Shown here: piece by piece, positions 29,147 through 39,011 of the stretch | How positions within the stretch are numbered: position 1 is the first letter of the stretch | Layout of the letters: every line of letters begins with the position of its first letter | Program-made: the position numbers and the translations under genes | Sequence record: NC_055708.1 | Reading direction: 5' to 3' (one strand) | DNA from: Enterobacteria phage ATK47 | Length of the DNA stretch: 64,000 nucleotides | The notes under the pieces: generated by a model | Told to the model about the DNA's origin: nothing | The model's input: the letters and a program-made list of their open reading frames with translations, nothing else | The model's database searches: none

Positions 29147-29353
29147 ATGAGATTGATTATGAGAACTGAGGTTGAAGTTTATACATTACATGAGGCGGGA
29201 TTTTCATTCGTAGAAATTGCTCAAAAAATCGGTTTACAACCTAAAGAAGTTGGATTACTATGGACTAAAGCCGAGACAGCTCGGTCAAAGTTTAAAGCAA
29301 AAGAAAAAGTTGTATACCGTAAACGTCTGATTAATAAAAAGGTGAAGAAATGA
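29147..29353 (+). CDS. Small protein with helix-turn-helix-like segment, 68 aa (24.3 position)
   Basis: FSFVEIAQKIGLQPKEVGLL resembles an HTH; basic C-terminus. Confidence 0.45.
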   Translation: MRLIMRTEVEVYTLHEAGFSFVEIAQKIGLQPKEVGLLWTKAETARSKFKAKEKVVYRKRLINKKVKK

Positions 29354-29601
29354 GTTTTGCACAGGAATTAAGAGAAAGGGCTCTGGCCACTAAAGCTAAT
29401 TTGTTGAGTGATTTTATTGCTAACTTCTCTGTGATGGCAGAGAAAGCTGCTGACAAAGGTCAGACACAATTCACGTACTATCCATCAAAGAATGATTTAA
29501 CTATCACTGAGCAAGTTGGGCAGTGGTTACGTGATAATGGCTTTCAGTATAAAATTAATCACGACCAACGTGATGGACATTGGATAGAAATCAAGTTCTA
29601 A
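29350..29601 (+). CDS. Hypothetical protein, 83 aa (24.2 position)
   Basis: ATGA overlap with the upstream ORF. Confidence 0.45.
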   Translation: MSFAQELRERALATKANLLSDFIANFSVMAEKAADKGQTQFTYYPSKNDLTITEQVGQWLRDNGFQYKINHDQRDGHWIEIKF

Positions 29602-29629
29602 TATGCTTTACATTTTTTGATGGTATAAT
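29602..29629 (+). promoter_or_regulatory. T4 middle-type promoter (MotA box TATGCTTTA plus TATAAT) upstream of rnlB
   Basis: MotA-box-like sequence at 29602-29610 and TATAAT at 29624-29629. Confidence 0.5.
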
Positions 29630-29666
29630 GAATCTAGGTTCTATCCATTCAAATTAAACATCCGGC

Positions 29667-29683
29667 CAGAGACAGAGTCTCTG
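29667..29683 (+). other. Hairpin in the rnlB 5' leader (CAGAGAC-AGA-GTCTCTG)
   Basis: Perfect 7-bp inverted repeat with a 3-nt loop, 38 nt upstream of the rnlB ATG. Confidence 0.45.
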
Positions 29684-29720
29684 CTAATTATTTTGATATT
29701 ATTATTTATAATGGTGATTT

Positions 29721-30719
29721 ATGTTTAAGAAATACAGCAGTCTTGAAAACCACTACAACTCTAAGTTTATTGAAAAACTCTACACTAATGGTTTGACTAC
29801 TGGTGTTTGGGTAGCACGTGAGAAAATCCATGGGACTAACTTCTCGTTAATAATTGAACGTGACAACGTCACATGCGCCAAGCGCACAGGCCCTATTCTT
29901 CCAGCAGAAGATTTTTATGGTTATGAAATCGTACTCAAGAAGTATGATAAGGCTATTAAAGCCGTTCAAGATGTCATGTACACAGCTCGAGCCGTATCAT
30001 ATCAAGTATTCGGTGAATTCGCTGGTGGTGGAATCCAGAAAGGTGTTGACTACGGTGAAAAAGATTTTTATGTGTTCGATATCATTATCAATACAGAAAG
30101 TGGTGATAATACGTATTTGACCGATTACGAAATGCAAGATTTCTGTAATGAATTCGGTTTTAAAATGGCACCAATGCTTGGTCGTGGAACATTTGATGCT
30201 CTTATCACGATTCCAAATGACCTTGATTCCGTCTTAGCCGCTTATAATGCTACTGCGTCAGAAGACCTTGTAGAAGCAAATAATTGTGTATTTGATGCTA
30301 ATGTTATTGGCGATAATACGGCAGAAGGTTATGTTCTGAAGCCTTGTTTCCCTAAATGGCTGCCAAACGGTGCTCGTGTAGCGATTAAGTGCAAGAACTC
30401 TAAATTCAGTGAAAAGAAAAAGTCTGATAAGCCTATTAAAACTCAGGTTCCATTAACCGAAATTGACAAAAACTTGCTTGATGTTCTAGCTTGTTATGTT
30501 ACATTAAATCGTGTTAATAATGTTATTTCTAAGATTGGGACTGTAACGCCAAAAGATTTTGGCAAAGTGATGGGATTGACTGTTCAAGATATTCTGGAAG
30601 AAACTTCTCGCGAAGGTATTGTATTAACATCATCTGATAATCCAAATCTTGTTAAGAAAGAATTAGTCCGAATGGTGCAAGATGTTCTGCGTCCTGCATG
30701 GATTGAATTAGTATCATAA
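29721..30719 (+). CDS. rnlB: RNA ligase 2
   Basis: 332 aa (T4 Rnl2 is 334); nucleotidyltransferase motif I KIHGTN; position next to gene 24. Confidence 0.85.
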   Translation: MFKKYSSLENHYNSKFIEKLYTNGLTTGVWVAREKIHGTNFSLIIERDNVTCAKRTGPILPAEDFYGYEIVLKKYDKAIKAVQDVMYTARAVSYQVFGEFAGGGIQKGVDYGEKDFYVFDIIINTESGDNTYLTDYEMQDFCNEFGFKMAPMLGRGTFDALITIPNDLDSVLAAYNATASEDLVEANNCVFDANVIGDNTAEGYVLKPCFPKWLPNGARVAIKCKNSKFSEKKKSDKPIKTQVPLTEIDKNLLDVLACYVTLNRVNNVISKIGTVTPKDFGKVMGLTVQDILEETSREGIVLTSSDNPNLVKKELVRMVQDVLRPAWIELVS

Positions 30720-30721
30720 TG

Positions 30722-30751
30722 AAAAAAGGGACCGTAAGGTCCCTTTTTTTT
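30722..30751. terminator. Bidirectional rho-independent terminator between rnlB and gene 24
   Basis: AAAAAA-GGGACC-GTAA-GGTCCC-TTTTTTTT: GNRA-loop hairpin flanked by an A-run and a T-run. Confidence 0.75.
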
Positions 30752-32033
30752 ATTCATCAATGATAATTTTTGGTAGCTTAACACCGAGTAAAACAGACAA
30801 GTCTGAACGTCCTGCCATTTTATCCATGTCCCCGCCATCAATTATTCTCGCTTCTTTTTCATCTTTTGCTACTGTGTAAGGATTTGCTGATAAAGCATAT
30901 CTAACCAATAATCCGATAGACGGTTGCAAGCTTTCTGGATCAACTACAACTTTAAATGCACCAACATGTTCTGGGTCATCTAAATCTACTCCTTCAGTGT
31001 ATGGAGCATAAAAGATGGACCCTACAATTTCTTTTTCACCGAGATTTTCTACAACACCCACAATAACATAATCTAGCGGGCTGTTGGTATCGCAGTAAAG
31101 AGGTAATCCATTTGCCAAGAATCCATAAGCATTTTGTGAAAGATACTTGTCATCTTCTGGCTTATGTTTTAACCAACCAGAAGCAGCAAGAATAGCAGCT
31201 GCACGAGCTGAGGCTACACAAAACGTTGCAGTATAAGTTGTCTCTTTTTGAATGTGTGATACCATTTCACACACCATTCGATATAATGAACGACCTGCTT
31301 CTGGAGCGGATGTATAGCTCAAGTCAATAAATCCGGTGTCAGTAATTCCAGTAACTTTATAACGTTTCGATACAGTAATTAAAGACTGAAGAATATCTTT
31401 ATTAATTTCATCTGCCATTTCAGTAGCAAGCAAATCTTCTAAGAAGTTAGGGGCATCAAATCCATTCGCTTCCAAATCTTGCGCTAATTCGACCGTGAGG
31501 CCAGTTTTAAGTTTACGAGATTTGACTGCAGTTTGCCATTTATTAATCTGGAATCTTGCATCAGAAATTTCGCTATCAGAGCTTTCAAATTTGCTTGTTA
31601 CCGCTGCATCTGAAAATAACCGTACCTTTAAATGAACGACTGCAATCTGAAGAGCTAATTCTAGATCACTTTCTTGAATATCTGCAAATGGTGTATCTTC
31701 TAACACCTTATAGACAATATTATTATATTTGAAAAAATCACCTTTATTTAGTGTGACTTTTGATTCTTCTGTGAGCTCGGTAATTTTTTCTCGGTCTACA
31801 TATCCAACTTCGCCTGCATAAGTAGCACCAGTTTTAAATGTGAATTCGTTATCTGGGTTAAGATATTTGATACCATAAAAAGCAGCAACAGGTTGATTAG
31901 TTCTTTGTGTTGCTACAATGTCAGAATATATTAATTTAGTCGTAGCGCGAGTCAAAGCAACGAGATTTGGGCGACCAATTGAGTTGCTAGTAGACGTTGT
32001 AGATTCGCGCAATAATTTTTGGATTTTACTCAT
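30750..32033 (-). CDS. 24: Head vertex protein gp24
   Basis: 427 aa, the same as T4 gp24; capsid-protein fold paralogue of gp23; synteny. Confidence 0.9.
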   Translation of the reverse strand: MSKIQKLLRESTTSTSNSIGRPNLVALTRATTKLIYSDIVATQRTNQPVAAFYGIKYLNPDNEFTFKTGATYAGEVGYVDREKITELTEESKVTLNKGDFFKYNNIVYKVLEDTPFADIQESDLELALQIAVVHLKVRLFSDAAVTSKFESSDSEISDARFQINKWQTAVKSRKLKTGLTVELAQDLEANGFDAPNFLEDLLATEMADEINKDILQSLITVSKRYKVTGITDTGFIDLSYTSAPEAGRSLYRMVCEMVSHIQKETTYTATFCVASARAAAILAASGWLKHKPEDDKYLSQNAYGFLANGLPLYCDTNSPLDYVIVGVVENLGEKEIVGSIFYAPYTEGVDLDDPEHVGAFKVVVDPESLQPSIGLLVRYALSANPYTVAKDEKEARIIDGGDMDKMAGRSDLSVLLGVKLPKIIIDE

Positions 32034-32060
32034 TGCATTTTTTCCTTATGTGATATAGAT

Positions 32061-32068
32061 TATTTATA
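32061..32068 (-). promoter_or_regulatory. T4 late promoter TATAAATA for gene 24
   Basis: Reverse complement of TATAAATA, 28 nt upstream of the gene 24 start. Confidence 0.65.
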
Positions 32069-32074
32069 AAGATT

Positions 32075-32104
32075 GTTTACAACGTATTTGGTATGTGATA
32101 CTAT
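32075..32104 (+). promoter_or_regulatory. T4-type early promoter driving the 88-aa ORF and homing-endonuclease cassette
   Basis: GTTTAC at 32075-32080 and TACTAT at 32099-32104, followed by TAGAC; GAGGAG Shine-Dalgarno. Confidence 0.6.
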
Positions 32105-32133
32105 AGACTTATCAAAACATGAGGAGATTAAAA

Positions 32134-32400
32134 ATGAACAAATTAAACTTTATCCGTACCACACTTTCTAACCTTGACAAAGACATCAAAGCTCTGGTAG
32201 AAAAATTTGGTACCAATCCTAACGGTAATGCAGTTAATGCATTGGTTAAGAAATACGAAGCCCTGGCTTATGAAACTGACTTCTGGTGGAACGGTGAATA
32301 TTCTACCCATACCAAAGACAAATCTGGTAACTGGCTGAAAATCCAAGAAAATCGTATTGACTTCCGTGATATCATCAACCGTCGTGTCAAAGCAGCGTAA
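32134..32400 (+). CDS. Hypothetical protein, 88 aa
   Basis: ATG at 32134 after a GAGGAG Shine-Dalgarno (the ORF-track start at 32119 overlaps the Shine-Dalgarno); no motif. Confidence 0.5.
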   Translation: MNKLNFIRTTLSNLDKDIKALVEKFGTNPNGNAVNALVKKYEALAYETDFWWNGEYSTHTKDKSGNWLKIQENRIDFRDIINRRVKAA

Positions 32401-32403
32401 AAT

Positions 32404-33063
32404 ATGAATTATTTAATTTACAAAATAACCAATCTCATTAATAACAAGATTTATGTTGGAGCCCATGCCACTACAGATGTTAACGATTCTTATATGGGTT
32501 CCGGGGTTAACATAGTAAAATCCATAAAGAAATACGGCTTAGAGAATTTTAAAAAGGAAATCCTTTTCAATTTCGAAACATCTGAAGAGATGTATGCTAA
32601 GGAAGCCGAACTAGTTGACGAGGCTTTTGTCATGAGAACAGATACTTATAATGCAGCCTTAGGCGGCAAGGGTAATCCTGTTATAGTAGCTTTACAGGAA
32701 CCTGGGTATCGTGAGATGTTATCCGAAAAGACAAAAGCTGGTATGTCTGAAGAAGTTCGGGCCAAAATATCTAAAAAGAAATTAGGTTCTAAAGAATCTA
32801 AAGAACATCGAGAAAACAAATCTATAGCAAATAAAAAGTTTTATAAAAATAGAGATTCTCATCTTAAAGGTAGAAAACTATCAGAAGAGCATAAAGCAAA
32901 AATTAGAAAGAATTCTAATAAAGGTAAGAAATTTGTATTTGTGGATATTTCTATTAAAGGTCATGAATTTAACCACTACGATTACGCTGCCGAATTCTTT
33001 AACGTATCCGCAAAAACTATAAGAAATTGGATTAATGAACGCGATGATTGTTTTAAGCTATAG
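32404..33063 (+). CDS. GIY-YIG homing endonuclease (Seg-like; SegD position)
   Basis: 219 aa; N-terminal GIY-YIG module (YLIYKITNLINNKIYVGAH ... ) and a basic C-terminal DNA-binding-like region; location matches where I recall T4 segD. Confidence 0.75.
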   Translation: MNYLIYKITNLINNKIYVGAHATTDVNDSYMGSGVNIVKSIKKYGLENFKKEILFNFETSEEMYAKEAELVDEAFVMRTDTYNAALGGKGNPVIVALQEPGYREMLSEKTKAGMSEEVRAKISKKKLGSKESKEHRENKSIANKKFYKNRDSHLKGRKLSEEHKAKIRKNSNKGKKFVFVDISIKGHEFNHYDYAAEFFNVSAKTIRNWINERDDCFKL

Positions 33064-33073
33064 AAACAAGAAT

Positions 33074-33091
33074 GGGAGACCGGAGTCTCCC
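33074..33091. other. GC-rich hairpin (GGGAGAC-CGGA-GTCTCCC) between the endonuclease gene and the gene 23 3' end
   Basis: Perfect 7-bp stem; no clear T-run on the plus strand, modest U-rich tail on the minus strand. Confidence 0.5.
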
Positions 33092-33120
33092 ATAAGGTTA
33101 TGTATTTTATCGTTAAAGCA

Positions 33121-34689
33121 TTAAATTCCTTTAACGTAGACGCGTCTAAAGTAAGCGTTCTTACCAAGGCTGTTCAGGATAGACGGCATACCGGACTGGA
33201 TGCGAGCACCTGGAGCCTGCAGGGAACTTTCAGCAAACGGGTTAACACCGATACCGTAACGAGTTTTAAAGCCCATTACCGGCTGGAAGTTCTTAGGATC
33301 GGAACCACGCAGTGGGGTAAGTGCAACGTAAGGAGCATAGTAAATACCTGCATCCATTTCGTTAGCGCCTTTGTAACCAACGGTGAAGTAATCCTGTTTA
33401 GCATACTGGTCGATGTATACGCGGTATTTACCACCAAGTACACCGGCAAATACAGACTTAGTAGTGTCGGTATTAAAACCAGAAGCCAGACCCTGTGCAG
33501 CGTAAGAAATACCAGTATCAACTGAAGCCAGTACGTTAACTACGTTACGGGAAGCGATAATGAAGTTACCTTCACCACGACCGGTTTGACGAGCAATTTC
33601 AACTGCTTCTTTATCAATCTGGAACAACAGAGATTTAAAGCTTTCACCGGCCCAACGAGCACCACGGATATCAATCGGGTCCTGGAAGTCAAATACACCA
33701 GCTTTAGAACCCGGAGTCAGGGTCATACCAGATTTACCAACCTGTGCCGAGTAGTTAATCCAATCAACAACTTCACGGTTGATTTCTAGCATAATTTCTG
33801 TAGCCAGAATACCGCTCAGTTCAGCATCAGCATCCATACCGTGTACTGCACGGAGGTCTTGTGCCAATTCGATGGAGTAAGCAGCTTTCAGCTGGCGAGA
33901 TTTAGCTTCGATAACTTGTTTATCGATACGGAAGCCCATTTCGTTCCACGGGTTGTCGGTAGAACCGTTGAAACCTTCCTGGAGTTCAGCGATAGAAGTA
34001 GCCATACCTTCAGCGATTTCTACCAGTGCACCAGCTTCCATTTGTTTCTTAACTTCTGCATCTAATTTAGCTGCATCAGTTGCACCAGAATCAAGTGTTA
34101 CGATAGCAGAAGCTTGCAGATATACAGTACCAGTTTCTTGGAAGAAGTGAGTATAGATATCACCTACAACGGTAGTAGTGTCAGCAGCCAGAGCTGGGAA
34201 TTTCTTAGCAGCACCCTGACCAGAGAACATCGCGTCCGGGGCATACATCGGATGGAAAGCTTCTTTAGCGCCAGCAGCGATAGGGTCTTTACCATATACT
34301 GCACGGAGAGCAAATACCTGACCGGTAGGGCTGTTCATAGGCTGAACACCACAAATATCAAAAGCGATCAGATTAGGAATAGCACGACGAACCATACCCA
34401 TAACTGCCGGCCCAATTTGGGTTACTGCACCAGAGGTTTGACCTGCTGCGATGTTCTGAGCATTATAACCGTGGTCACCACCAATTTCAGCTTCGGTCAA
34501 GAAAGAACCAAATGCCTGAGCGATTTTCTCGTCTTTATATTCAGGGGATACTTCGAAATCTTTTTCCTGGTTTTCGAAGATTTTAGCGATAATAGCCTGC
34601 TTGCTATTAGCGATTTCCGGCAGGCCTTCACCTTCCAGCAGTTCTTTCCATTTGTCTACGAGCTGAGCTTTAGTTTTGATAGTAGTCAT
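33121..34689 (-). CDS. 23: Major capsid protein gp23
   Basis: 522 aa (T4 gp23 is 521); N-terminal propeptide region and core sequence match T4 gp23 as I recall it. Confidence 0.95.
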   Translation of the reverse strand: MTTIKTKAQLVDKWKELLEGEGLPEIANSKQAIIAKIFENQEKDFEVSPEYKDEKIAQAFGSFLTEAEIGGDHGYNAQNIAAGQTSGAVTQIGPAVMGMVRRAIPNLIAFDICGVQPMNSPTGQVFALRAVYGKDPIAAGAKEAFHPMYAPDAMFSGQGAAKKFPALAADTTTVVGDIYTHFFQETGTVYLQASAIVTLDSGATDAAKLDAEVKKQMEAGALVEIAEGMATSIAELQEGFNGSTDNPWNEMGFRIDKQVIEAKSRQLKAAYSIELAQDLRAVHGMDADAELSGILATEIMLEINREVVDWINYSAQVGKSGMTLTPGSKAGVFDFQDPIDIRGARWAGESFKSLLFQIDKEAVEIARQTGRGEGNFIIASRNVVNVLASVDTGISYAAQGLASGFNTDTTKSVFAGVLGGKYRVYIDQYAKQDYFTVGYKGANEMDAGIYYAPYVALTPLRGSDPKNFQPVMGFKTRYGIGVNPFAESSLQAPGARIQSGMPSILNSLGKNAYFRRVYVKGI

Positions 34690-34706
34690 TTGTGTTAACC
34701 TTTAAA

Positions 34707-35519
34707 TTAGAAACGAGATGCGACTTTCGCATATAAACTTACATTAGAATTCTGTTCTACCTGAGTTGTGGTAGTGTCAACTGCTTCGGCAACAAAATTA
34801 AGACCGGCAGCGTCATTGTCAACTGTATTTATACTTTCGGTAATAGCGGCTTCTTCTTTAGTAGAACCTTTAACCATTTCTACAATAGCAGTTAACTTAG
34901 TACCAAATGCGTCAGAATAATCCATACCTTCAACCAGGCCAATAACTTTTTCTTTCTGAGATTCAGTCAGGTCTTTTACGCTTTCATTAATAGCGGTTTC
35001 ACGCTGAACGTAATTGATATATGCATCACGTTTGGTAACTTCTTCGAACAAACGAGCGGTTTCTTCTTTATGTTCGGCCAGCTCTTCTTCCATTTCTGCT
35101 ACAACATCTACAGATTCTTCTGGAACAACAACGTTATGTTCAACAAACAGTTCTTTCAGACCACCAAGCATGGATTCGAACAAATCAGCTTTAATGCCTT
35201 TATCAACTGCGATTTGGTTTTCTGCGAGCCATTCTTTTGCAAGATGGTCTAGGAATTTAGAAGCTTGTTCAGCCAATTTTTTATCAGCTTTCTCTTCAGC
35301 ATCTTCTTTGGCCTTTTCAACTTCTTCTTCAGCCTTTTCGGCGATGGCTTTGATATGAGATTCAGCCAGTTTGACTGCTTCCTGCTTAACGGTGGCTTCG
35401 AATACAGTGCTGAAATTAGCTTTAACGTCCGGAGACAGTTCTACTGATTCGAAAACACTATTAAGAGCAACTGAAGTCTCGATGTTCTGAGCTTCTTTCA
35501 AAAGTTGTTCTTTGATCAT
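34707..35519 (-). CDS. 22: Prohead core scaffold protein gp22
   Basis: 270 aa, highly acidic and helical (E/K/A-rich); synteny. Confidence 0.85.
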   Translation of the reverse strand: MIKEQLLKEAQNIETSVALNSVFESVELSPDVKANFSTVFEATVKQEAVKLAESHIKAIAEKAEEEVEKAKEDAEEKADKKLAEQASKFLDHLAKEWLAENQIAVDKGIKADLFESMLGGLKELFVEHNVVVPEESVDVVAEMEEELAEHKEETARLFEEVTKRDAYINYVQRETAINESVKDLTESQKEKVIGLVEGMDYSDAFGTKLTAIVEMVKGSTKEEAAITESINTVDNDAAGLNFVAEAVDTTTTQVEQNSNVSLYAKVASRF

Positions 35520-35549
35520 TTTAGTGTCCTGTGGTTTAGATTACATTAT

Positions 35550-35557
35550 TATTTATA
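35550..35557 (-). promoter_or_regulatory. T4 late promoter TATAAATA for gene 22
   Basis: Reverse complement of TATAAATA, about 30 nt upstream of the gene 22 start. Confidence 0.6.
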
Positions 35558-36200
35558 ATGCTTTTAAACTCTCTGCGAGAGCTTTAAATGCTTCGTCAGC
35601 ACTGTTTTTGGTGATTTCCACCGAATTTTCTGATTCTGATTCTGATATTTGTTTAGGAGTAACCCAAGCATCTGGAGCAGAAGGTCCCCATACGGCATCT
35701 ACGCCGACGGTTAATTTAAATCCTTCGTTCACGATACGGTACCCTTTATTGGTGTCGGTTAAAGAACCAAGACCACGAGAGGAAACACCTGGAATCCAAC
35801 CAGCTCGTATATTAGCAGCTAATTTATCGCCGGGACCATGGTCACCTTCAATAATTCTAGCACGTCCATATACATCGTTTCCTTTCCACCACATATCTTC
35901 AATAATGATAGCGGCTTGCATAGGGTCAACATTTGCACGAGGTGGATGGTTTAATTCTCCAAGGGCTTGTTTGGTTGCGACTTGTTCTTTAATATAGTCA
36001 CTTACTGCTTTTTCCAAAACGCGTTTAGGATATAAACGTTTATTTCGGTTAACAACCTCTGCCTGAAGAAAAATACCTTCTATATAAAGCCCTGGTTTTA
36101 AGCCAGAATCTTTTCCATCATGAGATTCCAACATTGGAACGCCATCAATAATCTCACCGGGTTGACCCCAAGTTTCAATAAGTAACTCGGGTTTATTCAT
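35553..36200 (-). CDS. 21: Prohead core protease gp21
   Basis: 215 aa (T4 gp21 is 212); synteny between 68 and 22. Confidence 0.85.
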   Translation of the reverse strand: MNKPELLIETWGQPGEIIDGVPMLESHDGKDSGLKPGLYIEGIFLQAEVVNRNKRLYPKRVLEKAVSDYIKEQVATKQALGELNHPPRANVDPMQAAIIIEDMWWKGNDVYGRARIIEGDHGPGDKLAANIRAGWIPGVSSRGLGSLTDTNKGYRIVNEGFKLTVGVDAVWGPSAPDAWVTPKQISESESENSVEITKNSADEAFKALAESLKAL

Positions 36201-36625
36201 TAGCTTAATCCTAATGCTTTACGACGTTTAAGAGCCTTTTTACGCTTACGCAAGCCTTTAACTTGGCCTGAAGGGTTAGCTTTTTTAGCTTTAACGACCT
36301 TACGAGCGATTTGTCTACGTTTTGCTTTAGAAAGACCAGTGGTTTGGAACGCGTTACGTTCACGAGTTTTACGGTCTTTAGTGCGGGTGACTTCACCACG
36401 AGAAGAAACATGTTTAACGATAAACTCATTTAACTGTTCTTCATTAATAATGGAAGCCATTGCAACAGCTAAATCCGTTTCAGTTTCAAGCATGTTCTCG
36501 ATAATAGTATTTATATCGTCAATATCGAGAGCAGAAGACAATGCATCGATTCGGCCCTGTGCTTCAGGAATAAGTGCTTCGACATTTTCGAGTACCAATT
36601 CATAAGATTCAGGGATAAGATACAT
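36200..36625 (-). CDS. 68: Prohead core protein gp68
   Basis: 141 aa, the same as T4 gp68; basic C-terminus. Confidence 0.7.
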   Translation of the reverse strand: MYLIPESYELVLENVEALIPEAQGRIDALSSALDIDDINTIIENMLETETDLAVAMASIINEEQLNEFIVKHVSSRGEVTRTKDRKTRERNAFQTTGLSKAKRRQIARKVVKAKKANPSGQVKGLRKRKKALKRRKALGLS

Positions 36626-36864
36626 TATTCATCGTCCTCATCATCTTCGTCTTCGTCGTCATCGCCTTCATCAGCGTCGTCTTCCGAAGCTTTAGCTTTC
36701 TTTTCTTCTTCTTCAGGTTCTTCGCCTTCAATCAAAAATTGAGAAGCGATTTCTGCTTTGCGTGCTTCAATCAAACGAACCGCTTTTTCTGCCATTGCAC
36801 TTTCAAAAAACTTTCGAGTAGCAACGAGGTCGTTTGATTTAATAGCTTGAATTAAATCGTCCAT
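36625..36864 (-). CDS. 67: Prohead core protein gp67
   Basis: 79 aa (T4 gp67 is 80); poly-acidic C-terminal tail. Confidence 0.7.
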   Translation of the reverse strand: MDDLIQAIKSNDLVATRKFFESAMAEKAVRLIEARKAEIASQFLIEGEEPEEEEKKAKASEDDADEGDDDEDEDDEDDE

Positions 36865-38435
36865 TAAAAATCCTCTTGTTCTTGGTCGGGGTCTTGGAAA
36901 CGAGCCTCTTTCGACTCTTCTTCAATTTGCTTAGCCTCTTGTTCAATTTCCTCGTCAGACATCTGAAGAATATCTTTCATAGCTGTTCTGTGAGAAATAT
37001 ATTTACCAATAAATGGTTCGGCCATCTGAAGCATATTAATGCGACGCTCCAGAATCTCAGCATCCTTTAATTCCGAGAAATAACTATCCCGATGAAATTT
37101 TATCTTAATATTATTTATTTCATCATTCCACTCATCTTCTGTAATAATTCCTTTAAGAATTAAATTAGTTTTAAGCGGGTCTAGGAATATCTCTTCAAAT
37201 TTATGTTGCAGCTCACGAATAAATTTACCAAATGACAATTCATCTCGTGTAATAGAAGTACCAGCATCAAACTGTATACCACCTTGGTCACTTGGAATAC
37301 GGGTAATAGGAATACGTAAAGCCATATAAAGCGCATTACGGAACCAACGTACATCTTCCATATTTCCAGTATTATCTGCACCTGGTAATGTGTCAACTTC
37401 TGTTACTGCTTTACCATCACGTCGTTGTAACCAATAATCTTCGGTCATCGACATAATATGCTGCTGGTTTTTAATCTTGCCTGTAGTAGCATCATATGCA
37501 ATACGGTTTTTCATCGTATTCATAACATGCTGCATATGTTCTGCTGCTTTTCTTGAAGGCATATTACCTGTATCAACGTACCATACACGACGATCGGGAG
37601 CACGAGTAATACGATAAATTACGACGGCATCTTCAAGAAGTTTTAATTGGTTCGCCGGCTTAATAGCCCGATGCAAATAACCGATGATATTTTTACCACA
37701 ACAATCAACTAAACCAGAATGGGCATAAACAATCGCGGCTTTAGGGATTTTTATTTTTGTGCCAGCTTCATATATGCGGCCATCACAAGCATAAGATTCG
37801 TGTGATGTGTCATAAATGAAATATTCTTTATAACCCTTGACTATTTTAACACCGGCTTCAGTGGTTGTAATAACTTCACGGACATATTGAACTTGACGTG
37901 GGTCTAAACGACGAAGCTCTTTAATACCTTCTTTAGGGCGTTTAGGGTCAATAATTTTATGGAAGAAAATTCGAGAATCTACATACCAACGCCTAAAATG
38001 GTCTGAACCTTTACGTTGGAAAGATAAATGATTCAACACTTCGTTAAATTCATCCAACATCATTGATTTTATATTTGGACTAAATTTTGTGTTGTCTAAA
38101 TTTATAGAAACGACTTCTGTGTCATCTTCATATACGATAGCATCAGAAACTATTTCAGAGACTGCATTATCCACTTCATAGTTCGTCATCAAATTTCTAT
38201 ACGTATCGATTAATTCACGCGTTGATTTGAGCCCTGGTTCTTGGCTACCGAACATTCTCTGAAACATAGCATTATATGTTTGCTGTGCTTCATTTTCAGA
38301 TACTTCGTATTCTTTAGCACCGTCGTCTAATTTTGGTGAGGTGATCGATTCTAAATTTTCTTTTTCTTGGTCTTTGTAATCACGTTCGTCCATTTTTGCC
38401 CATGGAGCAAACAAACTTAAGATATTAAATTTCAT
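36864..38435 (-). CDS. 20: Portal vertex protein gp20
   Basis: 523 aa (T4 gp20 is 524); synteny. Confidence 0.9.
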   Translation of the reverse strand: MKFNILSLFAPWAKMDERDYKDQEKENLESITSPKLDDGAKEYEVSENEAQQTYNAMFQRMFGSQEPGLKSTRELIDTYRNLMTNYEVDNAVSEIVSDAIVYEDDTEVVSINLDNTKFSPNIKSMMLDEFNEVLNHLSFQRKGSDHFRRWYVDSRIFFHKIIDPKRPKEGIKELRRLDPRQVQYVREVITTTEAGVKIVKGYKEYFIYDTSHESYACDGRIYEAGTKIKIPKAAIVYAHSGLVDCCGKNIIGYLHRAIKPANQLKLLEDAVVIYRITRAPDRRVWYVDTGNMPSRKAAEHMQHVMNTMKNRIAYDATTGKIKNQQHIMSMTEDYWLQRRDGKAVTEVDTLPGADNTGNMEDVRWFRNALYMALRIPITRIPSDQGGIQFDAGTSITRDELSFGKFIRELQHKFEEIFLDPLKTNLILKGIITEDEWNDEINNIKIKFHRDSYFSELKDAEILERRINMLQMAEPFIGKYISHRTAMKDILQMSDEEIEQEAKQIEEESKEARFQDPDQEQEDF

Positions 38436-38463
38436 TGTATTCTCCGAATGGGAATTATAGTTA

Positions 38464-38471
38464 TATTTATA
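38464..38471 (-). promoter_or_regulatory. T4 late promoter TATAAATA for gene 20
   Basis: Reverse complement of TATAAATA, about 29 nt upstream of the gene 20 ATG. Confidence 0.65.
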
Positions 38472-38519
38472 TGGACTTCTCCGTCATCACGGGAAGCTGG
38501 GGATTTCTCCCCAACCAGA

Positions 38520-39011
38520 TTATTCCCACCAATCAAGAGCAAGAGTTACTTCGAACGTTTCAATCTCGTTATTACTGTCCCAGTCAAGAGATACTTCACC
38601 AACGTTAGTAGGCCACAAGCCAACAATTTCAACTTCTTTAGTGACCGTTTTAGCATCACGAGCAAATTGACGAACGATAGCAGACTTTTTATATTCAGCA
38701 GGTTTACCACCGGTAATTTCATTACCTTGTCCTGCTGCAATACCTTGCCAATCAACAAATTTCTGACGAATGCTATGAGCATCATCGTTCATTACTGTAA
38801 TAGTCCAATCATCAAATGTACGATCACCAGCCACATTAATTTTACGGTTCATATAAGAAACAGGAACCTTTTCAACGATCGCAGCAGGAAGAGCCGTAGC
38901 ACGACACTGGAAGCTAAAGTTTTGCCCAAGATAAGAGATTTCTACTTCGAACAGGTTAGGGCGAGCGAAATCACCAGATTCGAAGGCACGAGTTACGTCA
39001 TCTACAAACAT
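38520..39011 (-). CDS. 19: Tail tube protein gp19
   Basis: 163 aa, the same as T4 gp19; the sequence matches as I recall it. Confidence 0.9.
   Translation of the reverse strand: MFVDDVTRAFESGDFARPNLFEVEISYLGQNFSFQCRATALPAAIVEKVPVSYMNRKINVAGDRTFDDWTITVMNDDAHSIRQKFVDWQGIAAGQGNEITGGKPAEYKKSAIVRQFARDAKTVTKEVEIVGLWPTNVGEVSLDWDSNNEIETFEVTLALDWWE

Larger units (their letters stand above)
32075..33091 (+). mobile_element. Free-standing homing-endonuclease cassette between late genes 24 and 23 (promoter, 88-aa ORF, GIY-YIG endonuclease, hairpin)
   Basis: Early-promoter-driven plus-strand island inside an otherwise minus-strand late operon; AT-rich GIY-YIG gene. Confidence 0.55.

Noticed and set aside
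29703-29712. TATTTATA / TATAAT motif in the rnlB leader
   Set aside because: Read as a minus-strand late promoter it has no minus-strand gene to serve. Read as a plus-strand -10 it lies only about 9 nt before the rnlB ATG, leaving no room for a Shine-Dalgarno sequence. Probably fortuitous in an AT-rich leader.
33100-34698. Several plus-strand ORFs (33100-33525, 33586-33789, 33841-34065, 34114-34698) inside the gene 23 region
   Set aside because: All are antisense to the major capsid gene, whose product is unmistakable. They arise from the codon bias of the coding strand.
34690-34760. Expected late promoter upstream of gene 23
   Set aside because: No exact TATAAATA occurs in the 17-nt gap or the adjacent 3' end of gene 22; only near-matches were found. 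A degenerate promoter or read-through from the gene 22 promoter is possible, but I cannot support a call.
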